Part shown: piece by piece, positions 7,066 through 14,635 of the stretch
Numbering within the stretch: the first letter of the stretch is position 1
How the letters are laid out: every line of letters begins with the position of its first letter
Assembly (NCBI GenBank): GCA_030649345.1
Contig: JAUSKK010000041.1
Location: 1-26,045, forward strand
Direction: 5' to 3'
From: Candidatus Iainarchaeum sp.
GTDB taxonomy: Archaea > Iainarchaeota > Iainarchaeia > Iainarchaeales > 0-14-0-20-34-12
Length of the DNA: 26,045 nucleotides
Made by a program: the position numbers and the translations under genes
Notes under the pieces: model-generated
What the model was told of the DNA's origin: nothing
Databases searched by the model: none
Seen by the model: only the letters and a program-made list of their open reading frames with translations

Positions 7066-8319
7066 ATGGTTGAAAAATTTAAAGTAAAAGATTTAAGTTT
7101 AGCAGAACAAGGATTCAAGAATATTGAATATGCTGAAACCCAAATGGGTGCTTTATTGGAAGTCAAGAAAAGATTTGAAAAAGAAAAACCATTTAAAGGT
7201 TTAACCATTGGAATGGCTTTGCATGTCACCAAAGAAACTGCTGTACTTGTTAGAACTTTGGTTGCCGGCGGAGCTACTGTAGCTATTACGGGCTGTAATC
7301 CTTTGAGTACTCAAGATGATGTGGCTGCAGCTTTAGCTGAAGAAGGAGTTCATGTATTTGGCTGGAAACATGAAACCAACAAAGAATATTATGAAAATTT
7401 AAACTATGTTTTAGATTACAAGCCTCAAGCAACCATTGATGACGGGTGTGACTTAGTTACTATTATTCACACAGAACGAAAAGATTTATTGTCTGTTGTA
7501 AAAGCAGGCACTGAAGAAACTACTACTGGAGTTATTCGCTTGAAAGCTATGGAGCGAGATAAAGCTTTAAAGTATCCTGTGATTGCAGTGAATGATAATA
7601 AAACCAAGCATTTAGTGGATAATTATTATGGTACTGGTCAAAGTACTATGGATGGAATTTTGCGTGCAACCAATACTTTGATTGCTGGAAAAACATTTGT
7701 AATCGCAGGCTATGGAGATTGCGGAAAAGGTCTTGCACTTAGAGCTAAAGGTTTTGGAGCCAATGTAATTGTTACAGAAGTAGATCCTTTTCCTGCACTG
7801 AAAGCAAGCTTGGATGGTTTTCGAGTAATGCCTATGGCTGATGCTTCCTCTTTAGGTGATATTTTTGTTACAGTTACAGGAAACAAAAATGTTGTTACTT
7901 ACGATCATATGCTTTCTATGAAATCTGGCGCTATTGTTGCAAATTCCGGCCATTTTGATGCAGAAATTGATGTTCGAACTCTGCGGGCTAAAGCAAAAAG
8001 CGTTCGCCAATTGCGTCCATCTCTTGAAGAATATACTTTAACAAATGGAACCAAAATTTTATTATGTTCCGAAGGAAGACTAGTAAATCTTTCAGCAGCC
8101 GAAGGGCATCCTTCTTCTGTAATGAGTTTAAGTTTTTGCGGTCAAGCTTTGGCTTTAGAATATGCACTCAAAAATAAATTGAATGCAGGCGTTCATTACA
8201 TGCCGGAAAGTGTAGATCAATTAATTTCGGATTTACAATTAAAAGCTTTAGGAATTCAAATTGATAAACTAACTCCAGAACAAATTGAATACATGAATTC
8301 TTGGAAAGAAGGAACGTAA
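7066..8319 (+). CDS. ahcY: S-adenosyl-L-homocysteine hydrolase
   Basis: ...HVTKETAVL..., ...DDGCDL..., ...EETTTGV..., NAD site ...IAGYGDCGKG..., ...GHFDAEID..., ...VNLSAAEGHP.... AGGTGA (7052-7057) lies 8 nt upstream of ATG 7066. The track's 7054 is a GTG inside the RBS. Confidence 0.95.
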   Translation: MVEKFKVKDLSLAEQGFKNIEYAETQMGALLEVKKRFEKEKPFKGLTIGMALHVTKETAVLVRTLVAGGATVAITGCNPLSTQDDVAAALAEEGVHVFGWKHETNKEYYENLNYVLDYKPQATIDDGCDLVTIIHTERKDLLSVVKAGTEETTTGVIRLKAMERDKALKYPVIAVNDNKTKHLVDNYYGTGQSTMDGILRATNTLIAGKTFVIAGYGDCGKGLALRAKGFGANVIVTEVDPFPALKASLDGFRVMPMADASSLGDIFVTVTGNKNVVTYDHMLSMKSGAIVANSGHFDAEIDVRTLRAKAKSVRQLRPSLEEYTLTNGTKILLCSEGRLVNLSAAEGHPSSVMSLSFCGQALALEYALKNKLNAGVHYMPESVDQLISDLQLKALGIQIDKLTPEQIEYMNSWKEGT

Positions 8320-8332
8320 AGTTCCTTTTTTT
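8311..8332 (+). terminator. Hairpin plus T7 terminator at the ahcY stop codon
   Basis: GGAAC-gtaaa-GTTCC, with the TAA stop in the loop, followed by TTTTTTT (8326-8332). Confidence 0.5.
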
Positions 8333-8334
8333 AT

Positions 8335-8985
8335 CTATTTTTTGTGCCGAATAATAAGTCCGCCTTCGCTGGTGACTTCAATTTGATATTTTTTTTCTAA
8401 TCTTGTTAACTCTCCGGTTCTTGCCATCCCAGTTCTGACTGTTGTAATTCTTAAGGCTCCATTTTCTCTTAATGCTGGCATTAATTGCTCAACCAATCCA
8501 GAAAGTGTTTCTTGTCCATTCATTGGGAAATAGGCTTCGGGTACTAAAATATGATCATAGAACTTTTTTGAATATTTGTGGGTAAACATGTTTCCTTGAC
8601 TTGCTTTCAGTTTTCCGGCTTTTATTAATCTATAAATTTTTCCTTTCAAGTACGGCAAATATTCTCCGTACGCAATGTCTAATAGTTCATAGTTTTCGGG
8701 TTTTAGTGGTGTGCGTTTCAGTAAATAATCTGTAAGCCTTCCGGTTCCGCTTCCAATTTCCAATACACGCGTTTCTGACCTAAGCGAAGAAAAAAATGCG
8801 CTATCTAATTTCAAATGTTGCCGCAGTATCCACGGTGCATTCATGGACCATTGCTGGTAATAGCCTCGAAATCTAACTTGTCGTTCAGACTGTGGCCTAG
8901 TGTCATAGATTGTGCGCCGCGGTCTTACTTTTATTTTCTTTTGTCCTGGAATTCTTCGTTTTTGCGGTGTTCTTATTTTCTGCAT
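8335..8985 (-). CDS. Class I SAM-dependent methyltransferase with an Arg/Lys-rich N-terminal extension
   Basis: Motif I is VLEIGSGTGRLTDYLL. The N-terminus MQKIRTPQKRRIPGQKKIKVRPRRTIYDTRPQSERQVRFRG precedes the fold. ATG 8985 is 16 nt after the stop of the upstream membrane gene. An alternative start at MNAPW (about 8844) would remove the tail. Confidence 0.75.
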   Translation of the reverse strand: MQKIRTPQKRRIPGQKKIKVRPRRTIYDTRPQSERQVRFRGYYQQWSMNAPWILRQHLKLDSAFFSSLRSETRVLEIGSGTGRLTDYLLKRTPLKPENYELLDIAYGEYLPYLKGKIYRLIKAGKLKASQGNMFTHKYSKKFYDHILVPEAYFPMNGQETLSGLVEQLMPALRENGALRITTVRTGMARTGELTRLEKKYQIEVTSEGGLIIRHKK

Positions 8986-9000
8986 TAACACATCGTGCGT

Positions 9001-9360
9001 TTAAGTCATTAAATAGTTTGCCATTCCGCTGGTCAAAAAAACAAGTCCTGCAGTTAACGGAAAAGTCCATCTTTCAAGTTTTGTGTTTGCAATAAAAATC
9101 CGCACAGTCAAAATTAAAATTCCATAAAAGAATAATGGCGAAAGTATGGGCATTGGAATCCAGCCCAGCATTTTGATGACTTCCGGCATGGTAAACATGA
9201 ACAAAATGAACACAAACGTTCCGCGAATCCAGGGCTTTTCTGGATTTTGAATTTTCACAAGGCAAGCAAAAGCAAACAACCAATGCAAATTACTTAGGGT
9301 TAAATTTAGAAAGAATCCGATGTTCAAATTTAAAACATTTAATAGTACTTCTTCAATCAT
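9001..9360 (-). CDS. Small integral membrane protein, paralogue of 23385..23753
   Basis: 119 aa with about 4 TM segments. ...LNIGFFLNLTLSNLHWLFAFACL...KPWI...LGW... aligns with ...LDLGWLLNYTISNFLWLFMFAALA...KTWI...TGW... of the other copy. Confidence 0.65.
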   Translation of the reverse strand: MIEEVLLNVLNLNIGFFLNLTLSNLHWLFAFACLVKIQNPEKPWIRGTFVFILFMFTMPEVIKMLGWIPMPILSPLFFYGILILTVRIFIANTKLERWTFPLTAGLVFLTSGMANYLMT

Positions 9361-9400
9361 GTTCCTAATACTATTGTTTTTTTCTCTTAAAGTACTCTAG

Positions 9401-9422
9401 TAGTCCTGTTCTAGTAGGACTA
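9401..9422. promoter_or_regulatory. Inverted repeat (candidate operator) just upstream of the TrmB-gene TATA box
   Basis: TAGTCCT-gttctagt-AGGACTA, embedded in a direct repeat CTAGTAG...CTAGTAG (9397-9417). It ends 12 nt before the TATA box. Confidence 0.4.
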
Positions 9423-9433
9423 GTTTCCATATC

Positions 9434-9441
9434 TTTAAATA
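9434..9441 (+). promoter_or_regulatory. TATA box of the TrmB-like regulator gene (leaderless mRNA)
   Basis: TTTAAATA within CTTTAAATACT. 22 nt separate the box from ATG 9464, and there is no Shine-Dalgarno. Confidence 0.55.
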
Positions 9442-9463
9442 CTCCTTGCCAGTTAATGAGTAT

Positions 9464-10213
9464 ATGAACTCTGAATTTTTGGAACGCATTGGTTTAACCC
9501 ATACTGAATCTTTGGTTTATTTGGCATTGTTCAAACTGGGTGCTTGTAAAGCCTATGATATTATTCGGGAAACCAATTTGCATAAATCTCGAGTCTATGA
9601 TTCTTTGGATCGTTTGCTGGAAAAAGGTTTGATTGGTTCTGTTATGCATGAACAAGTAAAACATTTTGCTGTATTGGATCCAGAGCATTTGCTTGATTTT
9701 GTGGAAGAGCGCAAAAAAGAATTGGATGGCTTAAGACTAGAAGCCAAGAAAAAGTTGCCGGAATTGGTTGCTTTGCGTGAATTGGATTCTCAAAAGCCTT
9801 TTGCTGAAGCTCAAGTTTTGTTTGGAGTCGAAGGCTTTAAATCCATGCGCAGAGATTTGTTAAAACATTCTAAAGGAGAACATTTGATGATGGGTGCTAT
9901 TTCCCGCGAACCCAAAGTTATGCCTGTTTTTTTTAATTGGTTTGAACGTGAACGCATTCGTCAAAAAATTTTTCAAAGAATTTTATTGCAAAAAGGATAC
10001 GATAAGCCTTTGCCTAAAAAAAGGCTGGTTGAATTTCGCAGTTTGCCTTCAGAAATTACTGTGCCGGCAGTCATTAATGTTTATGGTGACCGAGTAGTCA
10101 ATGTTTTATGGAAAAAAGATTATCCTTTGTGTTTTATGTTGGTCAATAAAGACATTGCAGATGCGTATAGATCTTATTTTGATTTGTTGTGGAAGACTAG
10201 TTCTAAAGTTTAA
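9464..10213 (+). CDS. TrmB-family winged-helix transcriptional regulator
   Basis: MNSEFLERIGLTHTESLVYLALFKLGACKAYDIIRETNLHKSRVYDSLDRLLEKGLI is a TrmB N-terminal wHTH, followed by a coiled linker and a C-terminal domain. I chose the start at ATG 9464, which is 22 nt after a TTTAAATA box; the track's 9446 is a TTG. Confidence 0.8.
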   Translation: MNSEFLERIGLTHTESLVYLALFKLGACKAYDIIRETNLHKSRVYDSLDRLLEKGLIGSVMHEQVKHFAVLDPEHLLDFVEERKKELDGLRLEAKKKLPELVALRELDSQKPFAEAQVLFGVEGFKSMRRDLLKHSKGEHLMMGAISREPKVMPVFFNWFERERIRQKIFQRILLQKGYDKPLPKKRLVEFRSLPSEITVPAVINVYGDRVVNVLWKKDYPLCFMLVNKDIADAYRSYFDLLWKTSSKV

Positions 10214-10248
10214 TTTTTTTAAAAGTTTTTATACTTGGTTTTTCAAAT

Positions 10249-10575
10249 CTATGCTCCATATCTTTCAAATCGAATAACTTTTTCAGCCGTAATGTCCGCC
10301 AGTATGCTTACGCTTTGATCAGTTGGTCCATTTGGCAGATCATACATAACTGTGTATAATTTGTTTAAAGTATTGGAAGGACTTGAGTGTCCTATTGCAT
10401 TGGTAACTTTGTATTCTATTCCAAAATTCTTTTTGTTTGGAAAATGTTTTTCAAGTTCTTGATCTGCAATTTGAATTGCTTTTTTTTGCTCTTGTGTCCA
10501 ATTTATGTTTAAATTTGCAGACGTAACTTTTTTTGAATTAAACATAGCAAACAGTACAATTTCTGTGATAATCAA
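10249..10575 (-). CDS. Hypothetical small protein (possibly signal-anchored)
   Basis: 108-aa ORF 52 nt downstream of the KaiC-like gene on the same strand, with no recognisable family. The start is uncertain: TTG at 10575 gives a hydrophobic N-terminus IITEIVLFAMF, and the ATG at 10545 is the alternative. Confidence 0.45.
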   Translation of the reverse strand: MIITEIVLFAMFNSKKVTSANLNINWTQEQKKAIQIADQELEKHFPNKKNFGIEYKVTNAIGHSSPSNTLNKLYTVMYDLPNGPTDQSVSILADITAEKVIRFERYGA

Positions 10576-10627
10576 TGCGATTGGTATGTATAATTTTTTT
10601 CTATTCGCATATTGGTTTGTGTTAAAT

Positions 10628-11341
10628 TTATTTCATTGCATCCCATTGTACATGGTCTTTGGTGTTGACTGCAATTCCGTTGTTGGTGATGTCAAAAGTG
10701 TGAATGAATTTGCTTTGATTTGTGCCTCTCATTTTTTTCACAAACAATGCTCTAGTCGGAGGATTAAAGTATAATGCAATAACTCCATCCACAATGAATT
10801 CTTCTACGCCCATTCCTGAAAAGGCTTCTTTTTTTCCAGAAGTTTCTGTGGTTAAAACTGTGGTAACATCCATGTCTTTGAGTTTATTGGTGAAATCGTA
10901 CAATATTCCTCTGAGTTTTGCTTTTTGAGTAATCCAGATTCCAAACGCTGTAACTGTATCTACCACAATTCTAGTTGCTCCAATTTCTTCAACTGTTTCT
11001 GCAATGACATCCAATTCATCGTCAATGCGATCTTCTACATTGTCGTCTTGTGAGTCTTGTTCTAAATTGAGTCTATAAATTCTTAGCAAATTTTTTTCCT
11101 GTAAGCTTCGAATATTCCAGTTAAAGCTTTCCATATTCCATACAATGTTCTTCAGATTAGTTTCCAAGGTGACCAAGAGTCCTGGTTCTTTGTAGTCTAA
11201 GGCTCCTTTGTATAAGAATTGGGTGGCAAAAATTGTTTTTCCAGTTCCTGCTCCGCCTGCAATCAAGCAAGAGCTTCCTTTGGGTATTCCTCCTTGAATT
11301 AATTCATCCAATCCTGGAATTCCTGTCTTTACGCGGTCCAC
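10628..11341 (-). CDS. Single-domain KaiC/RadA-like RecA-superfamily ATPase
   Basis: ...KTGIPGLDELIQGGIPKGSSCLIAGGAGTGKTIFATQFLYKG... (Walker A), ...RIVVDTVTAF... (Walker B). 237 aa. GTG start preceded by AGGGGGA. Confidence 0.85.
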   Translation of the reverse strand: MDRVKTGIPGLDELIQGGIPKGSSCLIAGGAGTGKTIFATQFLYKGALDYKEPGLLVTLETNLKNIVWNMESFNWNIRSLQEKNLLRIYRLNLEQDSQDDNVEDRIDDELDVIAETVEEIGATRIVVDTVTAFGIWITQKAKLRGILYDFTNKLKDMDVTTVLTTETSGKKEAFSGMGVEEFIVDGVIALYFNPPTRALFVKKMRGTNQSKFIHTFDITNNGIAVNTKDHVQWDAMK

Positions 11342-11381
11342 TTAAAATCCCCCTTTTTACTCATTTTTGTGATTTATTTAA

Positions 11382-11462
11382 AAAGCTTTGATATTATTAG
11401 GGGTTGCTTTTTTTTAAAGCTTTGTGCCGAAGGCTTTTTGCTAAAGCTTTTTTAAAAGCTTT
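11382..11462. promoter_or_regulatory. Cluster of four AAAGCTTT palindromes in the divergent KaiC-like / scpA intergenic region
   Basis: Exact AAAGCTTT at 11382-11389, 11416-11423, 11443-11450 and 11455-11462. I saw only about four other copies in the remaining 26 kb. Confidence 0.45.
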
Positions 11463-11514
11463 TGTTGAAATAATCTATTAGAAACTCTTGTTTTTTGAGT
11501 GTGTTTTGCATACT

Positions 11515-11522
11515 TTTAAATA
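11515..11522 (+). promoter_or_regulatory. TATA box of scpA (leadered mRNA with an AGGTG RBS)
   Basis: TTTAAATA lies 40 nt upstream of ATG 11562. AGGTG is at 11552-11556. Confidence 0.45.
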
Positions 11523-11561
11523 GGTGAAATGTATACTTATGTTGCCTGAAAAGGTGTTTAT

Positions 11562-12353
11562 ATGAAGTCTGACAACTCCCAACTTAACTTAGCGAAAAGC
11601 ATTGCTATTGAAGATATTGGGGAAGAATCTGTTTTTTCAGTAAATTCTACGGATGATTTAGTTCAATTAATTCATTTCCCTGAATGGAAAATGATTTTAT
11701 TAGATTTAATTAAAAAAGAAAAAATGGATGTCTGGGCCATCGACATTGGTGTTTTGGCTGGAAAGTATTTGAAAAAAATTGAAGAATTAAAAGAAACCAG
11801 TTTGCGTTTACCAGCCAATGCTATTTTGGCTTCAGCAATTTTGCTTCATTTAAAATCAAAAACCATTCGTTTTCCTTGGCTGGAAGTCAAAGAACCTGAA
11901 TTAACCGAAGAACAAAAGCAAGCCATGATGGCTTCTTTGCCAGACTTAACTACTTCGTTTAAAGTCAAAGAAGGAATTGTTACTTTAGATGAATTGGTGG
12001 GTTCCATTGAAGAAATCATGGAGCAAATGAAAATTAAACCCAAAGATAAAGTGCGTGCAGAAATTATTAAACCTGAATTTTTAGTGAATGTAACTCAAGA
12101 AAATTGGGATCAAAAAGTCGAAGAAGTTTTTTCTTTAATTCAATCCAGAGTAGACTCTCAAGGATTAACTTTGTTTTCTCGTTTATTGGATAGCCCTGAT
12201 GTTTTGGAAAAAATTAACAAATTTGTTCCTTTATTGTTTTTAATGAATAAAGGAAAAATTAAAATGGTTCAAGAAACTTTTTTTGAAGAAATTTTTATTC
12301 AGTTATTAAACAATACTTTAGTTGAAGTTCCCGAAGGAACTGCAGAAGAATAA
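11562..12353 (+). CDS. scpA: Segregation and condensation protein A (kleisin)
   Basis: ...WKMILLDLIKKEKMDVWAIDIGVLAGKYLKKIEELKE...LRLPANAILASAILLHLKSK... matches the ScpA N-terminal domain. AGGTG lies 6 nt upstream of the ATG. Confidence 0.8.
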   Translation: MKSDNSQLNLAKSIAIEDIGEESVFSVNSTDDLVQLIHFPEWKMILLDLIKKEKMDVWAIDIGVLAGKYLKKIEELKETSLRLPANAILASAILLHLKSKTIRFPWLEVKEPELTEEQKQAMMASLPDLTTSFKVKEGIVTLDELVGSIEEIMEQMKIKPKDKVRAEIIKPEFLVNVTQENWDQKVEEVFSLIQSRVDSQGLTLFSRLLDSPDVLEKINKFVPLLFLMNKGKIKMVQETFFEEIFIQLLNNTLVEVPEGTAEE

Positions 12354-12354
12354 A

Positions 12355-13419
12355 CTACTGAATTATTCTTTTAAATCTTAAATATCCTTGTACTGCTTCA
12401 TAAAAGGATTCAGGTCTTTTAGGATTAATTACTTTAAACACTTCTTGAATATCTTTTATAGTTGCAGTTTGTGCTGCTGTGTTTGCAATTCTGGAAATAT
12501 ATTTTTCATTTTGGTGTCCTGTTTGAATCATCGCTGATTGAACCACGGCTCCAAACATGGCTTTTACGTAATCTTCTTTAGCTACTTTTTTTGGAGTCAT
12601 TATCATTTTTCTAGCCAATGCATCGTCTGGAAAAAATTGAGTTGGTTGTCGATCAAAATTTCTTCGAATTTGCACTCTGGGATTTCCTGCAAATATTCTT
12701 CTTAATTCTTGAAAAGGCAAAGTATGAAATTCTCCCAATCGTACAAAAATTCGTTCATTTTTGCCTTTCTTTTCTTTTAATCGTTCATTGATTTCTGCTT
12801 GGAGTCTTTCTCGAATTGCTGGATCTCTGATTTTGAGTGGTTCAATATATGCTTTCATTAAATTAGTGAATGAATTCAAAGCAAAACCATAATTTCCTTG
12901 TTCAATGGCTTGTCCAAAATTTTGTTGATGTATGCTCATTCGTTGTTCAAATTCACTAACTTGTTCAGCTAAATCTCCTTTGAGCTGTTCTCCAATGATT
13001 CTGACTCCTTTTCGTTTCAATTCATTGGTTAATCTATCTTGTTCTTGATGAAATCCTTCCATGCCTGGTCTTATTTCAGTATCCTGTATTCCTGGAATTT
13101 TCTGAACCTGGTTTAAAAATGTTTCAACGCGTCTTTTGAGAACATCTAATGGTTCTTTGCTTCCTTTGCTTTTTAAATGTCTTACAATTTCAGTTACAGC
13201 TTCATCTATTTTTCCTTCAGCTACCAATGCATCAATATTGGATCGTGCTCATTCTTTAAAATAAGCATCTCCTTTTTTGAGTCTTCTGGTTTGTCTTCGA
13301 AGTCTGTTTATTGTTTGTTCTTGTAAATGTGGGCCAAATGAAAAATGTACGTGTACTTTTTTTGTGCCGGATTTTCTTCTTCGAATGTTTTGAATTCCAG
13401 CAGGCGCTCTAGGTTTCAT
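12355..13419 (-). pseudogene. Paralogue of 13470..14549 interrupted by a single in-frame TGA (13249..13251). Either a pseudogene or a read-through candidate.
   Basis: Track ORFs 13249..13437 and 12355..13227 are in the same frame, separated only by TGA plus 7 sense codons. Across the junction the sequence reads ...KKGDAYFKE*ARSNIDALVAEGK..., which is colinear with ...RKGDVYFKEGIANQAQQLLLEGK... in the neighbour. Confidence 0.65.
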
Positions 13420-13469
13420 ATAATTATTGTATTTCAACTGAATTAAATAATTTCCGTTTAGTCAAATTT

Positions 13470-14549
13470 TCAAGGCAAGGGAATGACTTGTCTTCTGCGA
13501 AGCAATCCGTGTTCTCTTAAAAAGTATTCAATTCTATCGTAAAATTCATTAGTACTTATTCTTTGGTTGCCCATGAGCCGTTTGAGTGTTTGTTCGTTAA
13601 TAATTCTGGAAGCATTGATTGCAGTTTTTTCCACAAATTTTCGATTTATCAAGCCTTTTGCATGCAGGGTATTTTGAACTATTTCAAAAACAAAGCCTTG
13701 CATTAATTTTTCTCGGCTTACTGGTTTGCCTTGAATCAAGCGTTCTGTTACTTCTTTGTCTCTTCTGCGCGAAGGATTTTGAATATCCAATTCTTCTTGA
13801 ATGTGTATTCTGGAATTTCCTTTAAATTTTTCTCGCAATTTCCGCATAGGTTCTGTGTGCCCTGCGCCCAATCGTACTAAAATAGTTCTTTTTTGCTTTG
13901 TTCGAATTGCTTCTTGTATTCGTTCATGAATTTGTTCGTAAATTCGTTCATCTCTTCGAGGTACTAATTCAGCTACTCTTGTAAGAATTTCTTGATATTC
14001 GTTTAATGCCTCGGAAATATTTCCCGCTAAAAGTTCTTGTTGCATGCGATGTGCATGACCTTTAATTTTTTTGTTTAACCGTCCGTATTCTTCATCTTCT
14101 TTTAAACCATACCATTCTACTTCAGGTAAGACGCCTTTTTTTCGTTGTTCTTCAATAAGTTCTCTTTCTTCTTTTTTGAATTTTTGCCGATCTATTTGTT
14201 CTGCGCTTTCTAAATATTCAAGAGCTAGCTGTCTTCGTTCACTGGCTGTCTTTCCTGCATAGTTTGGGTTGTTTTTAATCATTTGTCCAACCAATGCAAG
14301 TGCTTCGTTTCGTTTTCCTTCTAAAAGCAATTGCTGTGCTTGATTGGCAATTCCTTCTTTAAAATATACATCTCCTTTTCGCAATTGCTTGGCTAGCTTC
14401 CGTGTTCTAAGTAAATCCCATTTATCCATATGCATTCCCAAAGAAAAAATTACTTTAACTCCAGGCTTTCTGTACAGTCTTTTTCTCTGATTTGCTTTTC
14501 TTCCAGCCGGCAAAGAAGGATACTTTGGTCTTGTTCTTCGTGCTTGCAT
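13470..14549 (-). CDS. Uncharacterised protein with an Arg/Lys-rich leader and two G-x-x-H/Glu repeats (Tiki/TraB-like?)
   Basis: I chose the start at ATG 14549 (MQARRTRPKYPSLPAGRKANQRKR...), which matches the paralogue's N-terminus and removes the overlap with dinB. Motifs: VIFSLGMHMD...KGDVYFKE and ...ILVRLGAGHTEPM...RIHIQEE. Confidence 0.8.
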   Translation of the reverse strand: MQARRTRPKYPSLPAGRKANQRKRLYRKPGVKVIFSLGMHMDKWDLLRTRKLAKQLRKGDVYFKEGIANQAQQLLLEGKRNEALALVGQMIKNNPNYAGKTASERRQLALEYLESAEQIDRQKFKKEERELIEEQRKKGVLPEVEWYGLKEDEEYGRLNKKIKGHAHRMQQELLAGNISEALNEYQEILTRVAELVPRRDERIYEQIHERIQEAIRTKQKRTILVRLGAGHTEPMRKLREKFKGNSRIHIQEELDIQNPSRRRDKEVTERLIQGKPVSREKLMQGFVFEIVQNTLHAKGLINRKFVEKTAINASRIINEQTLKRLMGNQRISTNEFYDRIEYFLREHGLLRRRQVIPLP

Positions 14550-14635
14550 AGTAATAAATTTCTTCAATTCCTTAATTAATCTATGGTTGCAAATGAATGA
14601 TGTCAAATTAATATATTGTGAATACAAAAGATAGT

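Noticed and set aside
11530-11550. 6-codon uORF (ATG TAT ACT TAT GTT GCC TGA) upstream of scpA.
   Set aside because: It lies immediately downstream of the predicted TATA box, so it is probably at or before the transcription start. It also has no RBS.
11342-11561. Replication origin (ORB/mini-ORB elements), CRISPR-like array or tRNA in the long spacer next to scpA.
   Set aside because: I found no ORB-like dyads with G-strings and no adjacent cdc6/orc1. The repeats are only 8 nt with irregular spacing, so this is not a CRISPR array. The sequence is too AT-rich and shows no cloverleaf for a tRNA.
13249-13251. Genome-wide reassignment of TGA (for example genetic code 4 or 25, where TGA = Trp or Gly) as the explanation for the in-frame TGA that aligns with Gly.
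   Set aside because: TGA clearly terminates several well-defined genes here. Examples are coaBC (ATGA overlap at 17646-17649), the PduO-type gene (20123), the TIM-barrel gene (19078), the intact paralogue itself (13470) and both micro-ORFs. A global recoding is therefore unlikely; a local nonsense mutation or read-through remains possible.
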